Assembly (NCBI GenBank): GCA_965219685.1
Contig: CBDCOH010000002.1
Location: forward strand, 2,016,001 to 2,080,000
Source of the DNA: Candidatus Spongiisociaceae bacterium
GTDB taxonomy: Bacteria > Actinomycetota > Acidimicrobiia > Spongiisociales > Spongiisociaceae
Reading direction: 5' to 3'
DNA length: 64,000 nucleotides
Part shown: positions 19,128-29,335 of the stretch, piece by piece
How positions within the stretch are numbered: the stretch's first letter is position 1
How the letters are laid out: the number at the start of each line of letters is the position of its first letter
The notes under the pieces: model-generated
What the model was told of the DNA's origin: nothing
The model's database searches: none
Seen by the model: only the letters and a program-made list of their open reading frames with translations
Translations under genes and position numbers: made by a program

Positions 19128-20102
19128 GTGAGCCGGAGAGGCTTCATCCGTACGGTGCGGGGAGATGTGCCGGCGTCCGACTGGGGTCTGACCAATGCCC
19201 ACGCCCACCTTTCCCTGGGGATCCAGGAGCAGAGCCATCCGGCCTGGAACGAGACCGCCGAGCGTTACGAGGACCACACGCTGTCCATCGAGGACACACT
19301 GCCGGAGTTGGAGGCCTACGCCCAGGCCGGAGGCACCTGCCTGGTCGATCTGACCCCGATGGGTATGGGCCGCACCCCCACCGGCCTGGTTCGCGCATCG
19401 GAGAAGACCGGCGTCCATATCGTGATGGGAACCGGCATCTACCACGAGCCGTTCCATCCGGACCGGATCGCCGGCCTCACCGACTCTCAGATCGCCGAGG
19501 TCATGATCCGGGAGATCCACGAAGGAGTGGACGGCACGGGGATCAGGGCGGGGATCATCGGCGAGCAAGGCACCTACAAGGGACCGATGACCGAGGGCGA
19601 GGCGACCGTCTTCCGGGCGTCCGCCATGGCGGCTCTGGAGACGGGGGTGGCGGTGTCCACGCACACCTACCTCGGTCGCAACGCGCTCGACCAGATCGAC
19701 GTGCTCACCTCCGTCGGGTTGGATCCCGAGCGCATCGTCATCGGCCATCTCGACGACACGGAACCGGACCCGACCCTGTTTCGCGAGATCATCCGACGCG
19801 GCGCCTACGCGCAGTTCGACACCATCGGCTACGAGTACTACACGGAGACCCTCGGCGTGCAGATGACCACCGACCGGGTGCGCGCCAGAACGCTGCGAGA
19901 TCTGGCGAAGGAAGGACTCGCCCACAGGATCATCGTGGCGAGCGACCTCTGCCGGAAGCGCCATCTCACGGTGAACGGAGGTCCTGGGCTCGCCCACCTG
20001 ATCGCCGGTTTCCGGACCCTGGCCCGCGAGGAGGGTGTTCCCGACGCCGTGCTCGACCTGTGCATGATCACCAACCCGGCCGAGATCCTGGCGATGGTCT
20101 GA
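19128..20102 (+). CDS. Phosphotriesterase-homology amidohydrolase, copy 2
   Basis: Close paralog of 17729..18694 with the same motifs. Confidence 0.9.
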   Translation: MSRRGFIRTVRGDVPASDWGLTNAHAHLSLGIQEQSHPAWNETAERYEDHTLSIEDTLPELEAYAQAGGTCLVDLTPMGMGRTPTGLVRASEKTGVHIVMGTGIYHEPFHPDRIAGLTDSQIAEVMIREIHEGVDGTGIRAGIIGEQGTYKGPMTEGEATVFRASAMAALETGVAVSTHTYLGRNALDQIDVLTSVGLDPERIVIGHLDDTEPDPTLFREIIRRGAYAQFDTIGYEYYTETLGVQMTTDRVRARTLRDLAKEGLAHRIIVASDLCRKRHLTVNGGPGLAHLIAGFRTLAREEGVPDAVLDLCMITNPAEILAMV

Positions 20103-21703
20103 TGGCGGTACCGAACGGCGGGGACGCGGTGGTCAGGACGCTGCGCGACAACGGGGTCGACACCGTCTTCGGCATACCCGCCAGCTACACGGTCGAGATC
20201 TACGACGCCATCCTCCGGCAGGGCGGGATCAGGTCCATCGTGGCCCGCAACGAGCAGGCGGCCACCTTCATGGCCGACGGGTACGCCCGGCGATCGGGCC
20301 GGCCGGGAGTGGTGGTCGTGACCGGCGGTCCCGGTCTCGGCAACACGGTGACCGGATTACAGACCGCATACGCGGACTCCTCGCCGGTCGTCGTGATCGC
20401 CAGCGACCACAACCCGTCCCAGCGGATGGCGCAGCCACTGGGACTGCCCCACGAGGCGTTCGACCAGGCCGGCCTGGTCGAGGCGACCGGAGCGAGAGTG
20501 GTCCGGGCGGACGGAGGCGAGTCGATCGCCGCCGCCGTCCAAGAGACACTGCGGGCCTGCCGCTCGGGGCGTCCCGGACCCGGTGTGGCGCTCATAAGCC
20601 GCTCCGCCCTGGAGGCTCCGGAGAGTCTCCCGAGTTCTCGTCACGTGAGACTCCCGGCACCGGACCAGGAGGTCACCGACGAGGAACTCGAGGAAGTCGT
20701 CCGGCTTCTGTCGGCCGCAACCGACCCGGTTCTCCTGGTGGGCGCCGGTGTGGTCCGTGCCGGGGCACGGACCGAACTCGCCGGTCTGGTTCGGGCCAGC
20801 GGCTTGCCGGTCGTCACGACGGTCCCGGCCCGCGACACGGTGGATACGGCAACCGGCTGGGTGGGAGTGATGAACAGCAGCGCCACCCGGGCGATGGTGG
20901 AACGCGCCGACCTGGTGATCGCGGTCGGTACGAGCTTCGGGATCGCGTCCACCGCACATTGGACCCTCCGGATCGGTGGCTCGCTGGTCCACGTCGATAT
21001 CGATCCGACCAGCCTCGGGCAGCATTACCAACCCGATCTGGCCATCGTGGCCGATGCCGCCTCGTTCCTGACCTCGCTCACCGATTCGTTGAACCGCAAG
21101 AGGACCGGCCCCGGCCGAGTCCCGAGCGCGGGCGCGACCACCGTGTCGCATCCGTGGACCGATCCGATCTGCAGGGCTCTCCCCTCCCGGGGCGCCACCA
21201 TATGCGGCGATGTCACGATGGCTCTCCGGTGGATTCCGGGCGACCCGTCGCTGGGACCCGAGCGCCGGCTGATGACCCCCTGGAACTTCATGACCCTCGG
21301 ATGGGCCTACGCAGCCGCCCTGGGCGTCCAGGCCGCCGCACCCGATGACACCGTGCTGGCGGTGATGGGCGACGGCGGGGCCCTGTTCACGCTGGGGGAA
21401 CTGGCCACGGCCGTTGAACACGACTTGCCGGTCTGCCTGCTGGTATACAACAACCGGTCCTACGGGATCATCGCCGAGGCCCAGGACCAGCTTTGCGAGG
21501 GACGCCGGTTCGGGATCGATCTGGAGCAGCCCGACTTCGCGGCCGTGGCACGGGCATTCGGGATGAGTTCGTCGCGAGCCGACAACCCTCACGAACTGGA
21601 GGCCGCTCTCAGAAAGCATCTGGGAACCGGCGAGCCGAGCCTCATCGAAGCGCGGCTGGGCATCGCGGATCTGGGCGTCGATTCGGTCGGAGGCGGCGAG
21701 TGA
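20102..21703 (+). CDS. Thiamine-diphosphate-dependent enzyme (AHAS-like)
   Basis: NGGDAVVRTL...VFGIP, RNEQAATFMADGYAR, GDGG...NN; TGATG coupling. Confidence 0.88.
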   Translation: MAVPNGGDAVVRTLRDNGVDTVFGIPASYTVEIYDAILRQGGIRSIVARNEQAATFMADGYARRSGRPGVVVVTGGPGLGNTVTGLQTAYADSSPVVVIASDHNPSQRMAQPLGLPHEAFDQAGLVEATGARVVRADGGESIAAAVQETLRACRSGRPGPGVALISRSALEAPESLPSSRHVRLPAPDQEVTDEELEEVVRLLSAATDPVLLVGAGVVRAGARTELAGLVRASGLPVVTTVPARDTVDTATGWVGVMNSSATRAMVERADLVIAVGTSFGIASTAHWTLRIGGSLVHVDIDPTSLGQHYQPDLAIVADAASFLTSLTDSLNRKRTGPGRVPSAGATTVSHPWTDPICRALPSRGATICGDVTMALRWIPGDPSLGPERRLMTPWNFMTLGWAYAAALGVQAAAPDDTVLAVMGDGGALFTLGELATAVEHDLPVCLLVYNNRSYGIIAEAQDQLCEGRRFGIDLEQPDFAAVARAFGMSSSRADNPHELEAALRKHLGTGEPSLIEARLGIADLGVDSVGGGE

Positions 21704-21755
21704 GTGAGGATATTGCGGCAGCGGATGATCGCATCAGACAGTCCGGAGTGACACG

Positions 21756-23114
21756 ATGAACCACCGAGGCAACCGATCCGACACCCCCGAGCTTCCCAGG
21801 CTCGTCACGGAGGTGCCCGGCCCCAGGTCCAGGGCGATCTTCCGGCGGGATCAGAGCCTGCTCGCGGCCGGCAACTCCGCCGGTTCGCTGTGGTCGGAAC
21901 TGGCCGTGGTGGAAGGGCGCGGCGCCATGATCCTCGACGCCGACGGCAACTGGCTGCTCGATGCCTGCGCGGGCACGGTGGTCATGAACCTGGGCCACGG
22001 TCACCCGTCCGTGGCGGAGGCGCTGGCTGGACAGGCCCGGTTGCTGACCCACTTCTACGACTTCACCACCGAGGTGCGCGTCCGGTTCGTCGAACTGCTC
22101 AAGAGCACCCTGCCGGAGAGCTTCGATGCTTTCCATCTAGCCAACTCGGGAAGCGAGGCAGTGGAGGCAGCTCTGAGAACGGTCCGTTCGGCTACCGGCC
22201 GGCACGAGGTCATCGCGTTCCACAACGGCTACCACGGCCGTACGCTGGGTGCGCTGTCCCTGACATCGGGAGCGGGACGCGAGGGATTGGGACCGTTCCT
22301 GCCCGGGGTCGTGCATGCGGTGGCCCCCGATCCGATGGAGACTCCTCACCAGACCGAGGCCGAGCGGGTCGAGGCATGCGCCCGACACCTCGACCGGGTG
22401 GCGTCGCAGGTACTGGCCGGCCCGCCTGCCGCGGTCATCATCGAGCCCATGCAGGGGGCCGGAGGCATGATCCCCGTTCCGACCGGGTTCCTGGAGTCGC
22501 TCCGAGCATTCTGCGACCGCACCGGAGCTCTTCTCATATTCGACGAGATCCTCACGGGAGGCGGCCGTACCGGTCGACTATGGGCCTACCAGCACTCCGG
22601 CGTGGTGCCCGACATCCTCCTGCTCGGCAAGGGCATCGGCGGAGGCTTCCCGCTGGGGATCGTGGCCGGACCCCGGCGAGTCATGGACGCCGGTCCCGGC
22701 GCGCAACCCACCCACAACAGCAGCACTTTCGGAGGGAACCCCCTGGCCTGCGCCGCCGGTCTGGCCACGCTGAGCGCTCTGCTCGACGAGGGACTGGTCG
22801 ACAACGCCGTCCACGTCGGCGATCACCTCATCGATGCCCTACAGGACCGCCTGGAACCCCGCCGCAACGTGGCGGACGTCCGGGGACTGGGCCTGGCCAT
22901 CGGCATCGAGATGGTGACCGACCGGGCTTCTCGCACCCCGGTGCAGGGCGGCTACATCCGTTCCGTGCTGCGCGGTCTCCTACGCAGGGGGGTGGCGATA
23001 TCCAGCACCGGCCACGTGATGAGGATCACCCCTCCCCTATGCCTGACGACTCCCCAAGCCGAATACATCGCGCGTGCCGTCGGGAACACCTTCGCTGAGT
23101 TGGAACACGACTGA
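21756..23114 (+). CDS. Class III PLP aminotransferase (GABA-AT-like)
   Basis: SGSEAVE, YHGRT, IFDEILTGGGRTG, GKGIGGG, STFGGNP. Confidence 0.92.
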   Translation: MNHRGNRSDTPELPRLVTEVPGPRSRAIFRRDQSLLAAGNSAGSLWSELAVVEGRGAMILDADGNWLLDACAGTVVMNLGHGHPSVAEALAGQARLLTHFYDFTTEVRVRFVELLKSTLPESFDAFHLANSGSEAVEAALRTVRSATGRHEVIAFHNGYHGRTLGALSLTSGAGREGLGPFLPGVVHAVAPDPMETPHQTEAERVEACARHLDRVASQVLAGPPAAVIIEPMQGAGGMIPVPTGFLESLRAFCDRTGALLIFDEILTGGGRTGRLWAYQHSGVVPDILLLGKGIGGGFPLGIVAGPRRVMDAGPGAQPTHNSSTFGGNPLACAAGLATLSALLDEGLVDNAVHVGDHLIDALQDRLEPRRNVADVRGLGLAIGIEMVTDRASRTPVQGGYIRSVLRGLLRRGVAISSTGHVMRITPPLCLTTPQAEYIARAVGNTFAELEHD

Positions 23115-23168
23115 GAAGTCCCCATCGGCTCACCTTGCCTGGCACAAACCCGCCCGCTTGGTGCCGCT

Positions 23169-23939
23169 TCAAACCGCCGAGTACCCGCCATCGACCACCA
23201 GGTCGGAGCCGGTGACATAGGAACTGTCGTCCGACGCCAGGAACAGAACGGCCTTGGCGATCTCCTCGGGTTCCGCCCAGCGCTGCATCGGAATGTGGGG
23301 CAGGAAAATGGCGCGGCGCTCCGGGTCCTCCCAGGATGGGCGGCCCATCTCGGTCATCGTGAATCCCGGCACCACCGTATTGACCCGGATCCCGTACCTG
23401 GCGTACTGGGCGGCGGCGGTCCTGGTCAGCAAGCGGACGGCCGCCTTCGAAGCCGCGTACGCGGGGGCCTGAGCTTCGGACAGGTCCGGGTAGATGGCGC
23501 CGAGCAGGCCCATGACCGATGAAACGTTGACGATCGAACCGCTGCGCTGCTCCCTCATCACCGGAAGGACGGCGCGGATGCCGAGGAACGTCCCGGTCAG
23601 GTTGACGTCGTTGACGCGGTTCCACTCCTCAAGGGGTGTGTCCTCGAATGAGGACCGGTGGCCGGTCCCGGCGTTGTTGACCAGGACGTCCAATCTCCCG
23701 AAGCCATCGACCGTCTCCCCAACGGCCCGCTGCCAACTCTCCTCCCGGGTCACGTCGAGTGCGATGAACGATGCCGTACCCCCGTCTCGCAAGATGGCGG
23801 TCGCCACCTCCTCCCCCGCCCCGGCCTCGATGTCGGCGACCACAACCGCCGCCCCTTCCCCGGCGAACAGGGCGGCCTCGGTGGCGCCCATGCCCCGGGC
23901 CGCTCCGGACACCAGCGCTACCTTGCCTTCGAGTCTCAC
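23169..23939 (-). CDS. Short-chain dehydrogenase/reductase
   Basis: SGAARGMG, NNAG, YAASK, DGG motifs. Confidence 0.93.
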   Translation of the reverse strand: MRLEGKVALVSGAARGMGATEAALFAGEGAAVVVADIEAGAGEEVATAILRDGGTASFIALDVTREESWQRAVGETVDGFGRLDVLVNNAGTGHRSSFEDTPLEEWNRVNDVNLTGTFLGIRAVLPVMREQRSGSIVNVSSVMGLLGAIYPDLSEAQAPAYAASKAAVRLLTRTAAAQYARYGIRVNTVVPGFTMTEMGRPSWEDPERRAIFLPHIPMQRWAEPEEIAKAVLFLASDDSSYVTGSDLVVDGGYSAV

Positions 23940-24022
23940 CTGTTCCCCTTGCTTCCGGTCCCGGACCGCCGGCTACCCATTCCGGTTCGCCACCCCGGCC
24001 CTTCGAGGCTAGAAACCTCAAT

Positions 24023-24616
24023 GTGAGGACCAAGGCCCTATGTCTAGCCGTCGTGTTTGCCTGTCTGGTCGGCGCGTGCCGCGCCTCGCCCTCTTCTACG
24101 ACCGCCGCGACGGCGGACACGCTCACCTCGACCACGGTAGCGACCACGGCTGCCGTCCCGTCATCCACCACGGCCACTACCAACCGGCCGACCGGCACCC
24201 AGGCCCCTGCCGCGCCGGCGGCGGATGAAGCCTCGGAGGAGTGCGACACCTTCACCACCGCACTCGACCGGCTTGTCTTCGTCCGGCTGCAGCCCATCCT
24301 CGAGGAGGCCACCGACCTTCTCCACTCGGCGCCGGAGGTCGTGGACCCCAGCGAGGTGGCGACCGGGCTGATGGAAGCGAGCCGCCAACTCCTCCGACTG
24401 GTCGACGAACTCGATCTGATGGGGGTTCCACCAAGGGAGGTCGTGGACCTGCTGCTCTCGATCAGGGAGGGCATCCTGCGTTACGCCACCGGCTTCGACG
24501 AGGGAGCTCGAGGGTGGACATCGGGCGACTCGGAGTTGATCGCGGAGGCGAAGACCGGCGTCCTCGAAGCGTCAGCAGTCATGACCGAATTCTTCGGATG
24601 GCAACTGTGCCCTTGA
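24023..24616 (+). CDS. Hypothetical lipoprotein with Thr/Ala-rich linker and helical domain
   Basis: Signal peptide MRTKALCLAVVFACLVGAC with lipobox-like VGAC. Confidence 0.65.
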   Translation: MRTKALCLAVVFACLVGACRASPSSTTAATADTLTSTTVATTAAVPSSTTATTNRPTGTQAPAAPAADEASEECDTFTTALDRLVFVRLQPILEEATDLLHSAPEVVDPSEVATGLMEASRQLLRLVDELDLMGVPPREVVDLLLSIREGILRYATGFDEGARGWTSGDSELIAEAKTGVLEASAVMTEFFGWQLCP

Positions 24617-24703
24617 GAAGGTAGTCGGACGTAGCACCGCCCTCCAGCCTCCTGTTCCGGTAGGGTCGAAGCAGCGACGGGACCGGCAGGCCAGGGAGAC
24701 GAC

Positions 24704-25627
24704 ATGGCGCAACAGGTAATGACCGTGCGAGGTCCGGTCTCGCCCGACGAACTGGGCCACACCCAGATGCACGACCACCTCTTCGCCGACCTCTCGTGGG
24801 CGCGCCACCGGTGGGTGGCGATGCCTATGACCGACGAGGTCCAGATGACGGAGGAGGTCGGTTTCTACAAGGATGCGGGCGGCGGCACCCTTGTCGACCC
24901 CATCCTGGAACACATAGGCCGCAAACCGGAGGCCACACGTCGCGTCTCGGAGGCCACCGGTGTGCATATCGTGATGGGCACCGGCTTCTACCGGGAGCCC
25001 TACTACCCCGAGTTCGTCAACAAGTGGACGACCCGCCGGCTCGCCGAGTACATCGTCGAGGAGATCGAGAACGGTTGCGCCGACACGGGTATACGCCCGG
25101 GCATTATCGGCGAGATCGGCATCGACAAGCGCTGGGTGCAAGGCGTCGAGGAACGGGTGATCCGGGCCGCGGCCCGGGCCCACCACGCCACAGGGCTGGC
25201 GATCTCCACCCACACTCCCCCGCACACGGCGCTGCTCTTCCACGAGATCCTCCAGGAGGAGGAGGTTCCACCCGACCGCGTCATCTTCGGCCACTTGGAC
25301 AATACGCTCGAGATGGACGAGTTGGAGCGCGTCGCCCAGACCGGCGCGTACATCCAGTTCGACCTGATCGGGATCGAGTGGATCAACGCCGACGTTCGCA
25401 GGGCCAAGTTCCTGGCCGAACTGGTCCGGCGCGGACACAGGGACCGTCTGCTGGTGGCCCAGGACATGCCCGCCCGGCCCCGCCTGATCACCAACGGCGG
25501 GCACGGCTACCGGCACCTCATCGACAGCTTCCTACCCATGCTGCGCGAGGAAGGCATCGACGACGACACGATCCGCCACATCACCCACACCAACCCGGCC
25601 CGCGTCCTGGCGGTGGAGGCGGACTGA
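24704..25627 (+). CDS. Phosphotriesterase-homology amidohydrolase, copy 3
   Basis: MTVRGP, HDHL, GIIGEIG, STHT, GHLD, QD, NPARVL. Confidence 0.92.
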   Translation: MAQQVMTVRGPVSPDELGHTQMHDHLFADLSWARHRWVAMPMTDEVQMTEEVGFYKDAGGGTLVDPILEHIGRKPEATRRVSEATGVHIVMGTGFYREPYYPEFVNKWTTRRLAEYIVEEIENGCADTGIRPGIIGEIGIDKRWVQGVEERVIRAAARAHHATGLAISTHTPPHTALLFHEILQEEEVPPDRVIFGHLDNTLEMDELERVAQTGAYIQFDLIGIEWINADVRRAKFLAELVRRGHRDRLLVAQDMPARPRLITNGGHGYRHLIDSFLPMLREEGIDDDTIRHITHTNPARVLAVEAD

Positions 25628-25715
25628 AGGGCGACCTAGTCCGATCTCTACACTAGTACTGAAGATGCGTTATAGTTATTAACGTCGGAACAGGCGCGAG
25701 TTGGGAGAGGAGGGC

Positions 25716-25925
25716 ATGGAAGGGATGGACTGGACCGAGTTCAGCAACGTCTTCGGAACGGTCGGGCCGACCGTCGTTGCCCTAGCCGTGGTAATCCTCA
25801 ACCGACGCGACCGGCTTGCAGACAAGGTAAATGCCTTGGTCGAGCGGCTGGCCGCCGTCGAAACTCACCTTGCTGGTATCGACAGGAGGCTTGAAGGCAC
25901 CGAAACGCGGCTTGGGCAGGGGTAG
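25716..25925 (+). CDS. Small protein with one hydrophobic segment and a coiled coil
   Basis: GAGGAG RBS; hydrophobic N-terminal stretch then heptad pattern LVERLAAVETHLAGIDRRL. Confidence 0.5.
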   Translation: MEGMDWTEFSNVFGTVGPTVVALAVVILNRRDRLADKVNALVERLAAVETHLAGIDRRLEGTETRLGQG

Positions 25926-26098
25926 ACCCACGCGCACCAAGACCGCTCCGCCCATTTCAGGGCCGCTCCACCGGAGCAGGTGACGGGGGTCTGTCGAGGT
26001 CCGGGCAACCCGGGACGTACGTCAAGCGGTCTGCCAACCCGAATGGGTATCCACTTCCCCTCGTCAACCCAGGCAAATGGGTCCCGAGCCAATCCTTG

Positions 26099-26623
26099 TC
26101 AGTCGGGTAGGGAACAGACATCGAACGCTGCCATCGCGTAGCCGAGCATCGTGTAGTAACCGACCAGGATGCTGAGTTCGACCACGCCGCCGGCGCCGAG
26201 TTCGGCTTCGATACGGCCGAAGGTCGGTTCGGAGAGGAAAGACGACTCGCACAGCTCCCGCACCGCGTCGATGATCACCGCCTCCCTCTCGGACAGATCT
26301 CCTGGCGTCCCGTCCAGGTAAGCGAGCGCGTCGGGGCGGACACCTTCCCTGAGAGCAATCTCCACGTGCGTATCCCAGACGTACCGGCAACCGTGGACCG
26401 TACCGGTCGCCAGGATTGCCAACTCCCGGTCTGTACCGGAGAGTCCCGATTCGAACCGGACCACATGGCCCAGCCGGGCGATGTGCTCGGCCTGGACGGG
26501 AGCGTGCAGGAGCACTTGGAAGGGTCTGACGAGGGTGCCCCGGCTCTCGATGATCCAGTCGTACAGTTCAGCCTGTTCCGGGGCGAGCCCGTCCTTGCCG
26601 TCGATCAGGTCAATTCGCGCCAT
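26099..26623 (-). CDS. Carboxymuconolactone decarboxylase/AhpD-like protein
   Basis: RELAILAT...YVWDTH...GV, VGYY motifs; GAGGAG RBS before ATG 26623. Confidence 0.85.
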   Translation of the reverse strand: MARIDLIDGKDGLAPEQAELYDWIIESRGTLVRPFQVLLHAPVQAEHIARLGHVVRFESGLSGTDRELAILATGTVHGCRYVWDTHVEIALREGVRPDALAYLDGTPGDLSEREAVIIDAVRELCESSFLSEPTFGRIEAELGAGGVVELSILVGYYTMLGYAMAAFDVCSLPD

Positions 26624-26752
26624 AGTCTCCTCGCCTACCCGCCCCGGCTTGTCCGGTCCGGGCACCCGACCGTAGCGCGTCGGGAAGGCCGTTCGGCCCC
26701 GGAGAGGGTGGCACGGTAGAATCGCCGCCGATGACCAATCCCGGCTTTGTCC

Positions 26753-27577
26753 ATGGCCGTTGAGCCCGACCGGATCCGCATCCTCCACGACGACGAGGAC
26801 TGCCCCGAACTTCCCATCGTCGAGCGAGGCGGGAGAGCCTGGGCGGTGGTCTGGCCCGGTCTGGGCGCCCGCCTGCGTTCGATCCACCACATCTCCCTCC
26901 GACCCCACGGACGGACGGCCCTACTCGAGCATCCGATGGAGGCCGTCTACTACCTGATGGACGGGAGCGGCGCGGCTGTCGACCCCGCGCGCGGAAGCCG
27001 CAGCGACCTGACGCTCGGCGCCATGGCTCACATAGGCCCCGGCACCCCGTACGTACTGGAGGCGGGACCCGAGGGAGCCGAGATCGTCGGGGGCCCCTGT
27101 CCCGCCGATTTCCGCATGTACGCCCACCTAGGTGTGGAGCAGTTCCCCATTCCCGAGCCCAGCGTCATCAGGGAGCCGGCGGCGGGGGTCCGCGCCTTCC
27201 ACCGCGACCAGCCGACCGCCATGGTCCCGATGATCGCCCGCGATGCTCGCCTCATCGTGTGGGCCGGCGTCGAGGCGTACACCGCCAACATGAACTACGT
27301 GGACATGCAGCCGGGCGAGCGCAACGTCGAGCACGTCCATGTCGAGTCGGAGGACACCATCTACATCCTCGACGGCAAGGGAAGCATCGACGACCTCACC
27401 AACGATCTCCGTCTCGAGTTCGAGGCCGGGGACGTGGTGCACGTGCCGGTGGGCGTGTGGCACGCGGTGTCGGGGGACAGGAACGACCACATCGAGAGCG
27501 TCGGCGGACCGTGCCCGGCGGATTGGAACATGCTGCGCGTCGCGGGCCTGATGCCCGACGAATCGAACAAGGAGTAG
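26753..27577 (+). CDS. Bicupin (two cupin domains)
   Basis: HPMEAVYY...GGPCPAD and HVHVESEDTIY...VWH...GGPCPAD internal repeat. Confidence 0.85.
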   Translation: MAVEPDRIRILHDDEDCPELPIVERGGRAWAVVWPGLGARLRSIHHISLRPHGRTALLEHPMEAVYYLMDGSGAAVDPARGSRSDLTLGAMAHIGPGTPYVLEAGPEGAEIVGGPCPADFRMYAHLGVEQFPIPEPSVIREPAAGVRAFHRDQPTAMVPMIARDARLIVWAGVEAYTANMNYVDMQPGERNVEHVHVESEDTIYILDGKGSIDDLTNDLRLEFEAGDVVHVPVGVWHAVSGDRNDHIESVGGPCPADWNMLRVAGLMPDESNKE

Positions 27578-27582
27578 TAACC

Positions 27583-28437
27583 ATGGCCAACACCGTTTCC
27601 GTAGGTCTCGTTCAGATCGGCGGCGAGCCCTTCCAGGTGGAGGAGAACCGAGACCTGTGCTACCGATCGGCCGACACTGCTTTCGAGCAAGGCGCCGACA
27701 TCGTCATCCTGCCCGAGATGATCATCCACGGCTACACCGCCGACTGGCGCGCCCTGTCAGAGGTAGCGGAGCCGGTGGACGGACCCACCGTCAAGCAGTG
27801 GGTTTCCCTGGCGGCCGACGCCAACGGCTACGTGGTGGGCGGGTTCTGCGAGCGGGACGGGGAGGCCCTATACAACTCGGCGGTGGCGGTCGGACCGGAC
27901 GGGATCATCCTCCACTACCGCAAGACCCATCTCTTCGCGGAGGAGAAGGTGGTGTTCCGCGACGGCGACCTCGGGTTCCCCGTGGCGCACACCAGGTTCG
28001 GGACCATCGGGCTGTGCGTCTGCTACGACCTGCGCTTCATCGAGGTGGTCAGGTTGCTGGCCCTGAAGGGCGCCGACCTCATCTGCGTGCCCACCGCCTG
28101 GCTGCCCGGGTTCGACCAGGAGCGCTGGGACAAGGACGGTATGTGTCCCCAGGGTCGGGGGGCGGTCCTGCAGGCCAACCTCAACCAGGTGTTCATCGCC
28201 TGCGCCTCACAGGCAGGGCGGCACGGTGATCTCGACTTCCTCGGATCTTCGATCCTGGTCGATCCGTACGGCAAGCTGCTGTCAGGACCGCTGCCGGACT
28301 CCACCGACAAGATCACGGTTACCGAGGTCGACATCGGCGCCGCCAAGCGGGCCCAGGTCCGGGGCGAACTGATCGCCCCGCGGGCCGACCGCCGCACGGA
28401 CCTCTACGGCATCTGGGAGGACGGCCAGAGGTACTGA
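27583..28437 (+). CDS. Carbon-nitrogen hydrolase (nitrilase superfamily)
   Basis: Glu-Lys-Cys triad LPE, YRKTHL, VCYDLRF; AAGGAG RBS. Confidence 0.92.
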   Translation: MANTVSVGLVQIGGEPFQVEENRDLCYRSADTAFEQGADIVILPEMIIHGYTADWRALSEVAEPVDGPTVKQWVSLAADANGYVVGGFCERDGEALYNSAVAVGPDGIILHYRKTHLFAEEKVVFRDGDLGFPVAHTRFGTIGLCVCYDLRFIEVVRLLALKGADLICVPTAWLPGFDQERWDKDGMCPQGRGAVLQANLNQVFIACASQAGRHGDLDFLGSSILVDPYGKLLSGPLPDSTDKITVTEVDIGAAKRAQVRGELIAPRADRRTDLYGIWEDGQRY

Positions 28438-28504
28438 GCGGGTCTGACAGGCAGGACTCCGCGCTCTACCATCCGCTCGTCCCACAGCATCGGAGGCACC
28501 CCGG

Positions 28505-29335
28505 ATGAAACTCGTCGACCTCTCCCATCCAATCAACCTGCACACGCCCGGATGGGTCGGATATCCAGGATCCAAGATGTACTACACCCAGACACTGCAG
28601 ACCAACCGGGTGGTGTCACAGCGGTTCGAGACCTCGCTGCACGTGGGGACCCACCTCGACGGCCCGATGCACATGGCGGACGGGGCAGGTGACATGGCCT
28701 CCCTGCCGTTGGACAAGCTGGTGCACGAGGGTGTCATCGTCGACGTGTCGGACGAGGTCAGCGACTGGAGCATCATCACCCCGGAGCACATCACCTCCAA
28801 GGTCGAGGTCAAGAAGGGCGACATCCTGATCATCCACACCGGATACCACCGCTACTACGAGGGCCAGCCCGAGCAGGACCTGACCCGCTACTTCTGCATG
28901 CATCCGGGCGGAACCCAGGAGCTGGCCTACTGGATGCTCGACATGGAGATCCGCTGGTGGGGCGTCGACGCCGGCTCCGGCGACCATCCGATGAACACCA
29001 GCATCCGCCACATGCGACCGGACCTCACCAAGCGCTTCGAGGACCATGTCGGCATGTCCGCACTCGAGTACTTCGGCGAGTACACCTACACCCACCACAA
29101 GAGCGGGAGGGTGATCACCGAAGACCTGTTCCCCCTCCACTACCTGGCCTTCCCCGACGGCTGCATCCACGCTGAGAACGTCGGCGGGGACATCGAGAAG
29201 GTGCTCAACCAGCGCTGCATCATCGGTGCCTTCCCGTGGAAGTTCGAGGGTGGGGAGGCCTGCCCCTGCCGGATCATCGCCTTCTTCGACGTGGGCGACG
29301 ACCTTTCAGTGGAGGAAATCGCCGAGGCCCTCTAG
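28505..29335 (+). CDS. Cyclase family metal-dependent hydrolase (KynB/isatin hydrolase fold)
   Basis: DLSHP, HVGTHLDGP, HAEN motifs. Confidence 0.9.
   Translation: MKLVDLSHPINLHTPGWVGYPGSKMYYTQTLQTNRVVSQRFETSLHVGTHLDGPMHMADGAGDMASLPLDKLVHEGVIVDVSDEVSDWSIITPEHITSKVEVKKGDILIIHTGYHRYYEGQPEQDLTRYFCMHPGGTQELAYWMLDMEIRWWGVDAGSGDHPMNTSIRHMRPDLTKRFEDHVGMSALEYFGEYTYTHHKSGRVITEDLFPLHYLAFPDGCIHAENVGGDIEKVLNQRCIIGAFPWKFEGGEACPCRIIAFFDVGDDLSVEEIAEAL

Noticed and set aside
18833-21703. 956 aa fusion ORF in the track
   Set aside because: The N-terminal half is an off-frame, Arg/Pro-rich read of the leader and PTE2; the real ThDP enzyme starts at 20102
17729-25627. Organophosphate hydrolase (opd) genes
   Set aside because: No Tat signal and Glu-type bridging motif (GEQG/GEIG); only family-level similarity
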